Part shown: piece after piece, positions 9,057 to 19,732 of the stretch
Position numbering within the stretch: the stretch's first letter is position 1
Layout: the number at the start of each line of letters is the position of its first letter
Origin: an uncultured Clostridium sp.
Lineage (GTDB): Bacteria; Bacillota; Clostridia; Lachnospirales; Lachnospiraceae
Direction of reading: 5' to 3'
NCBI GenBank assembly: GCA_945946715.1
Contig: CAMEWU010000001.1
Span: 1 to 57,702 of the forward strand
Length of the DNA: 57,702 bases
Notes under the pieces: generated by a model
What the model was told of the DNA's origin: nothing
Database searches by the model: none
The model's input: only the letters and a program-made list of their open reading frames with translations
Translations under genes and position numbers: made by a program

Positions 9057-10067
9057 ATGAGTGAAAACAAGAAAAAATCAGTGCTGGTAAATAATCCGGT
9101 GGTAAATATGTTTCGTGGCAACATTGGAATTGTTATGGTACTGATTCTTATGTGCATTATTATATCATTTGCCACAGATAAGTTTTTAACCGGAACGAAC
9201 ATTATTTCTGTTTTAAGACAGATATCTATCAATACTTTTATTGCACTTGGTATGACTTTGGTTATTATTTTGGGTCATATAGATTTGTCTGTAGGTGCAA
9301 TTGTAGCTATGAGTGGTACATTGACAGTCGGATTTATTGTAAATCAAGGACTCCCAATTTGGCTTGCCATTGTATTAGGTTTGTTGATTGGTACAGCAAC
9401 CGGCTTTATCAGTGGATTTGTGGTTTCAACTTTTAAAGTGCCGGCATTTATTATCACAATGGCAATGATGAATATAGCAAGTGGCATTGCATATGTATAT
9501 TCCGGTGGGCAGTCTACCCGTATTACGAATGAATTCTTTATTAACATTGGTACTGGATATTTATTCAAGGTTATTCCACTTCCGGTAGTATATATGGTAA
9601 TTTTGATTGCAATCTTTGTGTTCTTATTGAACAAAACAAAGTTTGGTACATACGTTTATGCCATAGGTGGTAATCGAGAAGCTGCAAGGCTTTCCGGTGT
9701 TCCAATTAAGAAGGTAGAAATTATCGTGTTTACCCTTTCGGGATTTTTGTCCGCATTTGCAGGCTTGGTGCTTTGCTCTAGAATGTATTCCGGCCAGCCT
9801 TCCGTTGGTAGCGGTTACGAATTGGATGCTATTGCAGCCTGTGTTCTTGGTGGTACATCTATGTCAGGTGGTAAGGGACGAATCAGTGGTACAGTATTCG
9901 GTGCCATTGTAATTGGTATCATTTCCAATGGTTTGAATCTGATTGGTGTAAGCTCTTACTGGCAATTGATTATCAAGGGTCTGATTATTGCATGTGCAGT
10001 ATTACTTGATGTGCAGAAGGGAAAACTTAGTGGTTTGAAAAAGAAGTTTGTAAAGAAGAACGCATAG
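9057..10067 (+). CDS. Sugar ABC transporter permease (RbsC-like)
   Basis: Polytopic membrane protein with a GGTSMSGGKG motif region. GGAGG RBS before the ATG at 9057. Confidence 0.85.
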   Translation: MSENKKKSVLVNNPVVNMFRGNIGIVMVLILMCIIISFATDKFLTGTNIISVLRQISINTFIALGMTLVIILGHIDLSVGAIVAMSGTLTVGFIVNQGLPIWLAIVLGLLIGTATGFISGFVVSTFKVPAFIITMAMMNIASGIAYVYSGGQSTRITNEFFINIGTGYLFKVIPLPVVYMVILIAIFVFLLNKTKFGTYVYAIGGNREAARLSGVPIKKVEIIVFTLSGFLSAFAGLVLCSRMYSGQPSVGSGYELDAIAACVLGGTSMSGGKGRISGTVFGAIVIGIISNGLNLIGVSSYWQLIIKGLIIACAVLLDVQKGKLSGLKKKFVKKNA

Positions 10068-10128
10068 TAGGATAACAATAATTTGAGGGAAAGGAAAGCA
10101 TTCAGTGGAATGCCGCAGGGATAAATAG

Positions 10129-11604
10129 ATGGATATTTTTCGTAAGATGTCTTTTGCTGATTCAACGGGTGATGCCATTCCGTTTTATCACGAAGGTAAG
10201 TATCATATATTTTCATTAACACCGCCACCGGGAACCACAGTGTATCCGGCAAGGCTTCGTACAACCTGGAGTCACAGTGTATCTGAAGATTTGGTGCATT
10301 GGGAGGAACTTCCTACTGCAATTTACCCGGGCGAAGGAACTGAACCGGATGCCTCTGGTGTCTGGACTGGTTCAGTTATCTATGGTGAAGGTAAATATCA
10401 TGCATTTTATACCGGATATTCTTTACAGTGTGAATACCAGCAAACCATTTGTCATGCCACCAGTGAAGATGGAATTACATGGACAAAGGATGCATCGAAT
10501 CCGGTTATTACACCGATGATTGAATTGTATGAGAAGTTGGACTGGAGAGATCCATATGTATTCTATAATGATGAGGATAAGTGCTATTGGATTCTGATTT
10601 CGGCCAGAAGATTGGATATGCCAATAACCAGAAGAGGATGTATCGTATTATATCGTTCGAAGGATTTGGCCAATTGGGAATATTATGGTCCATTGTATTC
10701 TCCGGGACATACCAATTGTCCGGAATGCCCGGAAATGTATAAGATAGGAGATACCTGGTATTTGTCATATTCCAGATTCTCAGAATTTGTAAATACTATT
10801 TATCGGGTATCAAAATCACCGTTTGGTCCTTGGACAAAGCCAAAGAAGGATGGTATTGGTGGCAGAAGATTTTATGCCGCAAAATCTATGCAGGACGATG
10901 CAGGGCGTCGTTTCTATTTCGCATGGGCACATGACCGGGCAGATGCTTGTGATACTGGTGAGTGGTATTGGGGCGGCGCTTTTTGCGTTCCCCATGAAGT
11001 GGTAGCTGATGAGAATGGTGAGCTGAATGTGAAACTGCCAAAGGAATATGAAGATATGTTTCAAAATCCTATAGACTGGCACTACGAACCAATCATGGGA
11101 CAGGCAAAACAATATGGCAGTACAACAATAGAAATGGATTCTGTAAGCACGTGTACATATGGCTTTTTGCAGCATTCTGAAAAGAAATTCTTATTGAAAT
11201 TAAAAGCGTTATCAAGAGAAAGCTATGACCACTTTGGAGTATTGCTAAAATCAGATAAAGAAGCAAGCGGATGTTTACTTTTGGAATTTGATGTGGCAAT
11301 GCAGAGGGTATCACTTTTGAATCTGCCAATGGGAGTAGACCCATTCTGGGAAGCTTCCTGTCAGGCGGTGCCAAAGGCAACCGATCCGGGGCCGGATGGA
11401 GTGCGGGTATGTGAAAAAACCTTCTGTATCATAGATGGTAAACCAATTGATATAAAGATTATCGTAGACCATGATATGATAGAAGTTTTTATCGGAGAAC
11501 AGGTAGCATTTACTTATCGTATCTATGAAGAAGCTCAATTTGAATGTGGATTGCTGGCACAAGACTCTAAGGTGGAATTCTACGATATAGAAATAAAAAA
11601 GTAG
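10129..11604 (+). CDS. Glycoside hydrolase family 32 beta-fructofuranosidase/fructanase, cytoplasmic (no signal peptide)
   Basis: WRDPYVF (RDP motif) and NCPECPEMY (EC motif). The N-terminal block DAIPFYHEGKYHIF replaces the usual WMNDPNG...YHLFYQ block. Confidence 0.8.
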   Translation: MDIFRKMSFADSTGDAIPFYHEGKYHIFSLTPPPGTTVYPARLRTTWSHSVSEDLVHWEELPTAIYPGEGTEPDASGVWTGSVIYGEGKYHAFYTGYSLQCEYQQTICHATSEDGITWTKDASNPVITPMIELYEKLDWRDPYVFYNDEDKCYWILISARRLDMPITRRGCIVLYRSKDLANWEYYGPLYSPGHTNCPECPEMYKIGDTWYLSYSRFSEFVNTIYRVSKSPFGPWTKPKKDGIGGRRFYAAKSMQDDAGRRFYFAWAHDRADACDTGEWYWGGAFCVPHEVVADENGELNVKLPKEYEDMFQNPIDWHYEPIMGQAKQYGSTTIEMDSVSTCTYGFLQHSEKKFLLKLKALSRESYDHFGVLLKSDKEASGCLLLEFDVAMQRVSLLNLPMGVDPFWEASCQAVPKATDPGPDGVRVCEKTFCIIDGKPIDIKIIVDHDMIEVFIGEQVAFTYRIYEEAQFECGLLAQDSKVEFYDIEIKK

Positions 11605-11619
11605 AAGGTGGTGACGCAT

Positions 11620-12591
11620 ATGGATAAAAAATATGATGTTGTCGCACTTGGAGAATTGTTAATTGATTTTACCCCCGCAGGAATCTCAGAAGGTAACATG
11701 CTCCTGTTTGAACGGAATCCGGGTGGAGCACCGGTAAATATGTTGACAGCAGTGACTAAAAATGGGTTTCATACCGCTTTTGTTGGGAAAGTGGGAAATG
11801 ATATGCATGGAATCTTTCTAAGAGATACTGCACAAAAAATAGGAATTGATGTCAGTGGATTAATTATGGCTGATGATGTTTTTACTACGCTGGCTTTTGT
11901 GGGACTTTCAGAGCAGGGTGAACGAACATTTTCGTTTGCAAGAAAACCGGGTGCAGATACCCGAATTTGTTTTCGGGAAGTCCCTGTGGAGATGTTACAA
12001 AGCACGAAAATCCTTCACATAGGTTCTCTTTCATTGACAGATGAACCAGCACGCACAACCACATTTCAAGCTGTGCGTGCAGCCAAAGAAGCCGGTGCAG
12101 TCATTTCCTATGATCCGAATTATCGGGCTCCGCTTTGGGAAAGTGAGGAGGAAGCTGCAGAACGAATGAAATCTCTTCTTCAGTATGTGGATATGATAAA
12201 GATTTCAGATGAAGAAACAAGACTTCTGACTCCTTTTCAAGAACCAAAGGAAGCAGCAGAGTATTTGTTGATGAAGGGTATCAAGGTGGTTGCTGTAACG
12301 TTAGGAAAGGATGGTGCTTTGATTGCCAGTCCCAAAGGACATGCAATTGTTCCGGGATATTCTAGCCGGGTAACAGATACCACAGGTGCAGGAGATTCTT
12401 TCTGGGGAGGTTTTATTTCCAGATATCTTTCTTATGAAGAAAAACCAGAGGAATTGACCCTGGAGCAGTTACAGGAATGTGCATTATATGGCAATGCAAC
12501 TGCCAGTTTATGTGTAGAAAAACGAGGTGGTATACCAAGCATACCGGATAAGCAGGCGGTGGAAGAACGCTTAAATGTAATGATAAAATAG
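11620..12591 (+). CDS. PfkB-family fructokinase
   Basis: GGAPVN and TTGAGDSFWGG motifs. RBS GAAGGTGG before the ATG at 11620. Confidence 0.8.
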   Translation: MDKKYDVVALGELLIDFTPAGISEGNMLLFERNPGGAPVNMLTAVTKNGFHTAFVGKVGNDMHGIFLRDTAQKIGIDVSGLIMADDVFTTLAFVGLSEQGERTFSFARKPGADTRICFREVPVEMLQSTKILHIGSLSLTDEPARTTTFQAVRAAKEAGAVISYDPNYRAPLWESEEEAAERMKSLLQYVDMIKISDEETRLLTPFQEPKEAAEYLLMKGIKVVAVTLGKDGALIASPKGHAIVPGYSSRVTDTTGAGDSFWGGFISRYLSYEEKPEELTLEQLQECALYGNATASLCVEKRGGIPSIPDKQAVEERLNVMIK

Positions 12592-12660
12592 GTATCATAA
12601 CGATATAAATTAACATACAAATATATGGTAAACCAATATATGAGTAGAAATAGATGAGTG

Positions 12661-12699
12661 AAAAACCGTCCGGGTAAAGTTGTTCCAGACGGTTTTTTC
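12661..12699 (+). terminator. Rho-independent terminator of the fructan operon
   Basis: AAAAACCGTC...GACGGTTTTTT hairpin. Confidence 0.7.
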
Positions 12700-12739
12700 T
12701 ATTCGGCTCAAAGCAAAAATAAGAATATACGATGTTGGT

Positions 12740-12767
12740 TTGAAAATATTAATTGAGGTGTTATAAT
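12740..12767 (+). promoter_or_regulatory. Extended -10 promoter
   Basis: TTGAAA, 16-nt spacer ending in TGT, then TATAAT. Confidence 0.5.
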
Positions 12768-12812
12768 AGGCGTGAATAAAGGATTAAAGAGAATAAGAGG
12801 AGATAGTCTGAT

Positions 12813-13463
12813 ATGAAGTATGAACTGGTTATATTTGACATGGATGGAACAATTCTGGATACATTAGATGATTTGGCAGACAGTTTGAATTATGCACTGA
12901 TACAATCCGGGATGCCAACCCGTACCCGGACAGAGGTATGCAATTTTGTGGGAAATGGAATTCGAAAATTGATAGAACGGGGTGTGCCATCTGGAAGTAC
13001 AGAGGAACAAATAAAGGGAGTACATGCTATTTTCACAGAATATTATAAAGTGCATTGTGTAGATAAGACTCAGCCATATTCTGGAATTCTGGAATTGATA
13101 CAGACCCTTCGGGTAGCAGGTATTAAGACGGCAGTGGTATCCAATAAAGCCGATTATGGAGTGCAGGAATTATGTGAACAGTATTTTGATGGCATGTTTG
13201 ATGCAGCCGTAGGGGAACGTCCTAATGTTCGGAAGAAACCGGCACCGGATTCGGTCAATGAGGTATTAAAGCAATTAGGCGTGGATAGAACCCATGCTTT
13301 GTATGTTGGAGATTCAGACGTGGATATTGAAACTGCCAAACAGGCAGAGATGGATTGTGTGTCTGTACTCTGGGGATTCCGTGATCGAGAATTCTTACTT
13401 GCACATGGTGCCAAGGATATGATTTCTCAACCACAGGAATTGTTATCCAGAGTGTTGGATTAA
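12813..13463 (+). CDS. HAD-family phosphatase (phosphoglycolate phosphatase-like)
   Basis: FDMDGTILDT, VSNK, KKPAPD and GDSDVDIETA motifs. Confidence 0.8.
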   Translation: MKYELVIFDMDGTILDTLDDLADSLNYALIQSGMPTRTRTEVCNFVGNGIRKLIERGVPSGSTEEQIKGVHAIFTEYYKVHCVDKTQPYSGILELIQTLRVAGIKTAVVSNKADYGVQELCEQYFDGMFDAAVGERPNVRKKPAPDSVNEVLKQLGVDRTHALYVGDSDVDIETAKQAEMDCVSVLWGFRDREFLLAHGAKDMISQPQELLSRVLD

Positions 13464-14876
13464 TTATATCGTTTCAACCTTAATGGTATTGGTGTTGCCA
13501 CTCTTACCATTTATCTGACCGCCGGTTAGTACCACATTATCACCATCCTGTAGGTTGAAGACTGCCTTTGCCTTTTGAACAGCATGGTAGAAGACAACTT
13601 CAACGGAAGGGAAGGATTCACTTAAGACAGGAGTTACACCCCAGCTCATATTCAGTTTTCTCCATGCACGTTCCGATGTGGTCATTCCGATAATGTCTAC
13701 CGGACAACGGAACCGGCTGACCATGCGGGCGGTGCCGCCGGTAATGGAACTGACTACAATGCATTTTGCTTTCACATCAATTGCCATGGCACAGGTTGCA
13801 TGTGAAATGGCATCCAGATTGCTGTGAATTTCGAATTCTGTTGAGGTAAACCAATGATGGTAGTCGATTCTCTGTTCTGTAAATTCTGCGATTTCAGCCA
13901 TGTTCTTTACAGCGGCTACCGGATGCTTTCCGGCAGCGGTTTCACCGGATAACATAACAGCAGAAGAACCATCATATACCGCATTAGCTACGTCAGAAAT
14001 CTCGGCACGGGTCGGACGCGGGTTCTGAATCATAGATTCCAGCATTTCTGTAGCAGTAATGACACGCTTGCCAAGAAGACGACATTTTTGAATCAGGTAT
14101 TTCTGAATAGAAGGAACTTCCATGAATGGAATTTCCACACCTAAATCGCCCCGGGCAATCATAATACCATCTGCCAGTTCACAGATTTCGTCAATATGGT
14201 CTACGCCGGAACGATTTTCAATTTTTGCAATCACATCAATATCAGAACCACCATTTTCATCCAAAAAATCCCGTAATGCCTGCATATCTGCTTTTGTAGA
14301 AACAAAGGAAGCTGCTACAAAATCTACATCATTTTCAATACCAAACAGCAGATCTGCTTTATCCTGTTCACTTAAGTAATCATGTTCCAGCACACGATTT
14401 GGAAAGTTCATGCTCTTTTGATTGGATAGAACACCACCGGATAAAACAGTACAAATTGCATTATTACCTTCCAGTTTATCTACTTGAAATTCAACCAATC
14501 CATTGTTTACCAGGATGGTATCTCCTACGGAAAGATCTTCAATCAAGTGCTTATAAGTAACCGATACTCTTGTTTCATCGCCAATCACTTCATCTGTAGT
14601 GAAGGTAAAGGTATCCCCTTCTGTAAGAGTAATCTTACCATCTTTGAAGGTGCGGATTCGATATTCCGGTCCCTTGGTATCCAGCATAATGGCAATGGGA
14701 AGATTTAAGCTTTCCCGAACCTGCTTGATTAAGTTGATTTTTTTCTGGTGGTCCTCATGGGTGCCATGAGAGAAATTCAGCCGGGCAACATTCATACCCG
14801 CTTTACACATTTCTGTTAAAGTTTCTACATTCTCACAGGCAGGACCTATGGTACAAATAATTTTCGTTTTACGCAT
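13464..14876 (-). CDS. pyk: Pyruvate kinase
   Basis: MRKTKIICTIGPA, NFSHG, MIARGDLGVEIP and MLSGETA motifs. 470 aa. Confidence 0.95.
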   Translation of the reverse strand: MRKTKIICTIGPACENVETLTEMCKAGMNVARLNFSHGTHEDHQKKINLIKQVRESLNLPIAIMLDTKGPEYRIRTFKDGKITLTEGDTFTFTTDEVIGDETRVSVTYKHLIEDLSVGDTILVNNGLVEFQVDKLEGNNAICTVLSGGVLSNQKSMNFPNRVLEHDYLSEQDKADLLFGIENDVDFVAASFVSTKADMQALRDFLDENGGSDIDVIAKIENRSGVDHIDEICELADGIMIARGDLGVEIPFMEVPSIQKYLIQKCRLLGKRVITATEMLESMIQNPRPTRAEISDVANAVYDGSSAVMLSGETAAGKHPVAAVKNMAEIAEFTEQRIDYHHWFTSTEFEIHSNLDAISHATCAMAIDVKAKCIVVSSITGGTARMVSRFRCPVDIIGMTTSERAWRKLNMSWGVTPVLSESFPSVEVVFYHAVQKAKAVFNLQDGDNVVLTGGQINGKSGNTNTIKVETI

Positions 14877-14897
14877 GGTTGTTCTCCTTATATTAGA

Positions 14898-15026
14898 TTA
14901 TTTTTCTTCATTGCTTTTGTTTTTATCGGAAGTATCGCCGCTTCCATGATTGTCTCCCCACCAGGCAAAAAAGCCTACGATTAAGACAATTATAACCATT
15001 ATAATAACTAAAATATCCTTAAACAT
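14898..15026 (-). CDS. Possible 42-aa single-TM peptide (MFKDILVIIMVIIVLIVGFFAWWGDNHGSGDTSDKNKSNEEK)
   Basis: ATG-to-TAA ORF below the ORF-track size cutoff. It has a hydrophobic core followed by a polar tail. No homology is claimed. Confidence 0.3.
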   Translation of the reverse strand: MFKDILVIIMVIIVLIVGFFAWWGDNHGSGDTSDKNKSNEEK

Positions 15027-15087
15027 TCATTACCCTTTCTGTTTCGAAAAACACACTTGTGAATACACAGAAAGAGACTTGTGAAAT

Positions 15088-15582
15088 TCACAAGTAAAGT
15101 CTTAGTGCATCAACTGATAATGAAAGGGATTTTTCGCCATCCTGATGATGTATATAACTTATTATCTCCAAAATATACAACAAGGGAAGAGATAAAATGA
15201 AAATCCATATAAATAATAAGTTGATTTGATAAATATCAGATGATATGGCATTGTATAATCCAAAGCAGGATTGAACACTTCTGTTTCTTAGCAAGTGCAA
15301 CAGAGATTCAGATGGACGTACTTGATTAATACCAGTAGTTTGATAGAATAAATCTGCCACAGACCGTTGAGAAGCCGCCGGTATGGAGTGGGTGCTTTCT
15401 TCTGAAGAAACAGAAGATGTTTTTATGTATTCTAAGGAGGAATCCATTAAAATATACTGTTGATAAGCTCCCCAGAGTAATAAAATTAAAACAAATAAAA
15501 TAATTCCCGGTTTATTCTGTTTGATTCGATTCAATGTTCTCACCTCATCCCATATACTAGCAAAACATGGTAAAGGATTCAA
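15088..15582 (-). CDS. Hypothetical membrane protein (start uncertain; possible TTG start near 15534 after GAGGTG)
   Basis: ORF downstream of, and co-oriented with, the 4Fe-4S gene. Predicted TM segments near the N- and C-termini. No recognisable motif. Confidence 0.4.
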   Translation of the reverse strand: MNPLPCFASIWDEVRTLNRIKQNKPGIILFVLILLLWGAYQQYILMDSSLEYIKTSSVSSEESTHSIPAASQRSVADLFYQTTGINQVRPSESLLHLLRNRSVQSCFGLYNAISSDIYQINLLFIWIFILSLPLLYILEIISYIHHQDGEKSLSLSVDALRLYL

Positions 15583-15605
15583 TATATGGAGTTGTAAATT
15601 TTACT

Positions 15606-16448
15606 TCATTTTTGCGTAAAATCATTTTGTGTTGTCTTGTGATGTATTAATTTTGTATGCTTAAATGAAATAGCACAGGCATGGCAATGCTTTGAACATT
15701 CCCCGCACTGAATACATTCATGATCTCCAACCTTCTTGACGTCCATCTTACAGTGATGGACACAAGCGTTACAATGGTCGCATTTCTCTTTGTCCACCGA
15801 TACACCAAACAGGGCAAATCGGTTAAAGAGAGAATAGATGGCACCAAGAGGGCAGATAAATCGACAAAAGCTGCGGAATATAAATATGGCAGAGATTGCC
15901 ACTATAATCAATAATACGATTTTCCATATATATAGATTCCCAATCAGGGTCTGCAACTGTTGGTTTCCTGCAACCAAGGGGATACCTGCCTCTAATGTGC
16001 CTGCCGGGCAGATATACTTACAGAATCCGGGTTCAAGCAGAAGAATTGGAATTAGAATAGCAAATACTACTAAAATGATATATTTCAGATAAGAAAGCAA
16101 CCGCGTAAAACGGTTCTTTTTTAGTTTTGGCGTTGGTATTTTATATAATAAGTCCTGAATCAGTCCAAAGGGACAGAGAAAACCACAGATGACACGTCCC
16201 AACAGAATTCCGAATAACAGCAGTATGCCTAAGATGTAATAGGGAAATTTATATTTGCTGGAAACCAATGCAGATTGCAGGCTTCCAAGAGGGCAGGAGG
16301 CTAATGCTCCGGGACAGGAATAGCAGTTTAGTCCGGGAACACAGACACCTTTTATGGGTCCCTGATAAATGGTCCCTTTTGCAAAGCCTACAAAGTTACA
16401 GTTATATAAAATTGCACAAATCACTTGAATGAGTTTTCGTTTGTTCAT
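15606..16448 (-). CDS. Membrane-bound 4Fe-4S binding protein (NapH/MauN-like)
   Basis: CYSCPGALASCP N-terminal motif, several TM helices, and two ferredoxin motifs CDHCNACVHHC and CIQCGECSKHC. Confidence 0.8.
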   Translation of the reverse strand: MNKRKLIQVICAILYNCNFVGFAKGTIYQGPIKGVCVPGLNCYSCPGALASCPLGSLQSALVSSKYKFPYYILGILLLFGILLGRVICGFLCPFGLIQDLLYKIPTPKLKKNRFTRLLSYLKYIILVVFAILIPILLLEPGFCKYICPAGTLEAGIPLVAGNQQLQTLIGNLYIWKIVLLIIVAISAIFIFRSFCRFICPLGAIYSLFNRFALFGVSVDKEKCDHCNACVHHCKMDVKKVGDHECIQCGECSKHCHACAISFKHTKLIHHKTTQNDFTQK

Positions 16449-16449
16449 G

Positions 16450-16617
16450 TTATCCTATACCTATACATTCCAGACAAATGCGAATTGCTTTCGCCATTGT
16501 ATCGTGAAAACCGCCTTTGTCAAGACCGATTACAATGAAGGCAATTGCTGTTAAGAATATTGCGAAAAAAAGTATTGTTTGTTTATGGTTCTTAAAATAG
16601 TTTTTTAACCATGTCAT
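16450..16617 (-). CDS. 55-aa small membrane protein with a C-terminal CxxC (CD1871A-like family)
   Basis: Hand-translated ORF MTWLKNYFKNHKQTILFFAIFLTAIAFIVIGLDKGGFHDTMAKAIRICLECIGIG. Its stop lies 1 nt before the start codon of the 4Fe-4S gene. Below the ORF-track cutoff. Confidence 0.6.
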   Translation of the reverse strand: MTWLKNYFKNHKQTILFFAIFLTAIAFIVIGLDKGGFHDTMAKAIRICLECIGIG

Positions 16618-16662
16618 ATTGCAACCTCTGAAAATAATTACATGATACTATGTTATCTTAGA

Positions 16663-17322
16663 CTATTGCTGTAAGGCGGTATCAATAATAGACTTGAATT
16701 GACGATATTGTCCATCTGCACCGCCACCACCTAAAAATGTAATCCGTACAGAACCATCTGTATCTATAATCAGTGTATATGGGATACCTTCACTAGGATA
16801 TAATTCACTGATGGAACCGTCCACATCATAAGCAATTGGAAATGTATAACCGTTATTCTGAATAAATTGATTGACGGTGTTCTCATCTTCCATATAGTTG
16901 ATGGCGAGAATATATACTTCATCGCCATATTCACTATTTAATCGTTCAAATGCCGGCATTTCTTCCACGCACGGTCCACACCAGGTCGCCCAAAAGTTTA
17001 GTAGTATAACACTGCCTCTATGTTCAGAAAGAGTAAATGAACTGCCATCTGCCAGAGTAGCAGTAAAGTCAGGTGCAAGGTTCTGATTGATTGGTTCATC
17101 ATTTCTGTCATTGGTATCTTTTTGGCTGGAATCGGAAGCGTTTCCCCAACCGGACTCATTCTCAGGAACGGTAGCATCATTAGTAGTTCCCCAATCCATT
17201 GCATTTTCGGTGATACTAGTGTTGGCAGCAGTTGTCTGCTCTGAATTATCTGTAAGGGAACAACCGCTCAGAAAGCATATGCTTGCAAATATACAACATG
17301 CAATTATAAGATTTTGTTTCAT
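16663..17322 (-). CDS. TlpA-family thiol:disulfide oxidoreductase lipoprotein
   Basis: Lipobox FLSGCS, a low-complexity linker, and the thioredoxin motif WATWCGPC. Confidence 0.85.
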   Translation of the reverse strand: MKQNLIIACCIFASICFLSGCSLTDNSEQTTAANTSITENAMDWGTTNDATVPENESGWGNASDSSQKDTNDRNDEPINQNLAPDFTATLADGSSFTLSEHRGSVILLNFWATWCGPCVEEMPAFERLNSEYGDEVYILAINYMEDENTVNQFIQNNGYTFPIAYDVDGSISELYPSEGIPYTLIIDTDGSVRITFLGGGGADGQYRQFKSIIDTALQQ

Positions 17323-17531
17323 AATAAATAGACACCCTCCTCTTTTTTGAAGTCGATAATTCTATTCTACGTTGTTTCTGGAAGGGTGTCAATGTGACAT
17401 ATAATTGATTGAAAAAATCGGACGCTTGTGATAAAATAACAATATTAAAGTTTTAAATGAAACAGTGAGAAGGAAAGAAGAAAAATGTACATGGGCAATC
17501 AAAAGATGAAACAAGGGGAGATGGATACATT

Positions 17532-19625
17532 ATGAAGACAATTAGAGCAAAAGTAGTTTTCTTGGTAGCAATCTGTGCAGTGGTATCAACACTGATTAAT
17601 GGTACATTTAGTTATCAGGGCGCAGCAAAAGTCATAAATCAGGATGCAGAAGATATGATGACTATGAAGTGTGAAAATGGCAGCCAGGAAATCAATGCAA
17701 CCTTAAAACAGGTGGAACAGTCTGTAAATACACTGGCAAAACTGGCAGAGGAATCATTAACCGATTTAAAATCCTTTAAAACCAGTGACGAGTATGTGCA
17801 GGAGTATACGAAAGCCTTAGAGCCAATTGCATTAGAATCAGCCAATAATACGGAAGGGGCACTTACTTATTACATACGGTATAATCCGGAATTTACAAAT
17901 CCAACTTCTGGTATTTTTGCAACAAGAGATTCTGCGGATTCAGAATTCAAACAGTTGACTCCAACAGATTTTAGTATATATGACCCAAGTGATTTAGAGC
18001 ATGTTGGCTGGTATTACATACCGGTACAAAATGGAACGGCCACCTGGATGGATCCATATTTGAATTCCAATATTAATGTGTATATGATTTCTTATGTAGT
18101 GCCTATTTATGTAAATGGTGAATCTATTGGTATTGTTGGTATGGATATTGACTTTAGTCAGATTGAAGCGATTGCCGGAGATACAACCGTTTATGATGCC
18201 GGAGCATCCTTTATTGTGAATTCCGGAAATCAGATTATGTATCACAAGGAACTGGAATTCGGAACGGATCTTAACAATACAGATAATGGGATTTCTACAG
18301 ATTTGGTAAATGGATTAAATGACAGTAGCAATGAGAAAACAGGAATTGTTTATAGTTATAAGGGTGTGAAAAAGGTTGGTGTTTATCAGGAACTTGTAAA
18401 TGGCATGAAATTTGTTTTGACAGCACCAAAAGAGGAAATTCGGGATCATGCTTCAACTGTTTTGACAATGAACATGATTGCAATGTGTATTGCTCTTTTG
18501 TTCTCCATTGCACTTGGATTCTTTATGAGTGTAAGTATTTCGTCTCCGATTAAACAGGTAACAGAAATCGTGCGTAAGATTGCAGATCTGAATCTTTGTC
18601 GGGATGAGCGGATTGATTATTTAAGTCGTATGAAAGATGAGACCGGAGCTATGTCTCGAGCAGTACAGGAAATGAATGACCGCTTAATGGATATGGTACA
18701 GCAGTTAGAAGAGACCGGTTTAGTGGTTTTGGAGAATGCAGAACAGTTAAAAGGTAGTTCAGATGATGTCAGTGAGATGTGTAGTGATAATTCTGCTACA
18801 ACAGAAGAACTGGCAGCTGCAATGGAAGAGTCTTCTGCTACAGCAGCCAGCATTACCCAGAATATTGAGACGGTAAATGAAAATGCCAGAGAAATCATGA
18901 CATTATCACAAAGTGGAGAGACAGATTCTCAGCAGATATTGGAACGGGCACAAATGTTAAGTAATACAACGATGGAATCTGCAGAACGTACCCGGACTAT
19001 GTATGAGCAGGTAAGACAACAGACAGGAGAAGCGATTGAGAAATCAAAAGCTGTTGACCGAATTAATGAATTAACACAGACTATTTTGCAGATTTCTGCT
19101 CAGACCAATTTACTGGCATTAAATGCATCCATTGAAGCAGCAAGAGCTGGAGAGTCAGGTCGGGGATTTGCTGTTGTAGCGGACGAAATTGGCAATTTGG
19201 CAAGTCAAACTCAGAATACAGTAAATGATATAGATATTATTATTAAAGAAGTATATGAGGCAGTCAGCAGCATGGCAGATTGTTTGAATACCTCAACTGA
19301 GTTTTTGGAAGAAACCGTACTGGAAGATTACAATAAATTCATGAAGGTAAGTGAACAGTACGCAGAAGATGCAGGCAATTATGAGGCAAGTATGAAAGAG
19401 ATAGGAGAAGCGGTACGTACGCTGGGGTCTGCAATCGGAGAAATTACAGAAGCAATGGAAGGCATCAGTAAGATGACAGAAGAGTCGGCAGAGGGTATTT
19501 CAATTATTGCAGAGAAGACATCTGCTATTGTACAGAAGATGAATGACGAAGAGGAGCTGGTAGCAGCTAACCGGGAAAAGGCACAGAAGTTAGGTGACAT
19601 TGTTGGAAATTTCACCCTCGAATAA
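17532..19625 (+). CDS. Methyl-accepting chemotaxis protein with a dCache-type sensor
   Basis: N-terminal TM, Cache-like WMDPY...GIVGMDIDF block, second TM, HAMP, and the conserved signalling hairpin [27 protein letters not shown]. Confidence 0.9.
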   Translation: MKTIRAKVVFLVAICAVVSTLINGTFSYQGAAKVINQDAEDMMTMKCENGSQEINATLKQVEQSVNTLAKLAEESLTDLKSFKTSDEYVQEYTKALEPIALESANNTEGALTYYIRYNPEFTNPTSGIFATRDSADSEFKQLTPTDFSIYDPSDLEHVGWYYIPVQNGTATWMDPYLNSNINVYMISYVVPIYVNGESIGIVGMDIDFSQIEAIAGDTTVYDAGASFIVNSGNQIMYHKELEFGTDLNNTDNGISTDLVNGLNDSSNEKTGIVYSYKGVKKVGVYQELVNGMKFVLTAPKEEIRDHASTVLTMNMIAMCIALLFSIALGFFMSVSISSPIKQVTEIVRKIADLNLCRDERIDYLSRMKDETGAMSRAVQEMNDRLMDMVQQLEETGLVVLENAEQLKGSSDDVSEMCSDNSATTEELAAAMEESSATAASITQNIETVNENAREIMTLSQSGETDSQQILERAQMLSNTTMESAERTRTMYEQVRQQTGEAIEKSKAVDRINELTQTILQISAQTNLLALNASIEAARAGESGRGFAVVADEIGNLASQTQNTVNDIDIIIKEVYEAVSSMADCLNTSTEFLEETVLEDYNKFMKVSEQYAEDAGNYEASMKEIGEAVRTLGSAIGEITEAMEGISKMTEESAEGISIIAEKTSAIVQKMNDEEELVAANREKAQKLGDIVGNFTLE

Positions 19626-19732
19626 GTTGGAAATCTTACAGACTTATGGAAAATGTCGTTTATTTTGACAAAAATTATAATATAGTGTATAGTGAATTTA
19701 CCTAATGTGATATAGATGAAGGGAGAATTATT

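Noticed and set aside
13459-13468. Convergent HAD and pyk genes whose stop codons abut with zero intergenic bases and no terminator
   Set aside because: This is unusual but explains nothing further. There is no hairpin or hidden feature in the junction, so it is probably just compact gene packing.
15078-15094. Palindrome CTTGTGAA-A-TTCACAAG as a CRP/FNR or cre-like operator
   Set aside because: The half-site spacing does not fit CRP/FNR (N6) or cre (central CG). It sits at the 3' end of the tlpA-operon ORF and is more simply a terminator stem.
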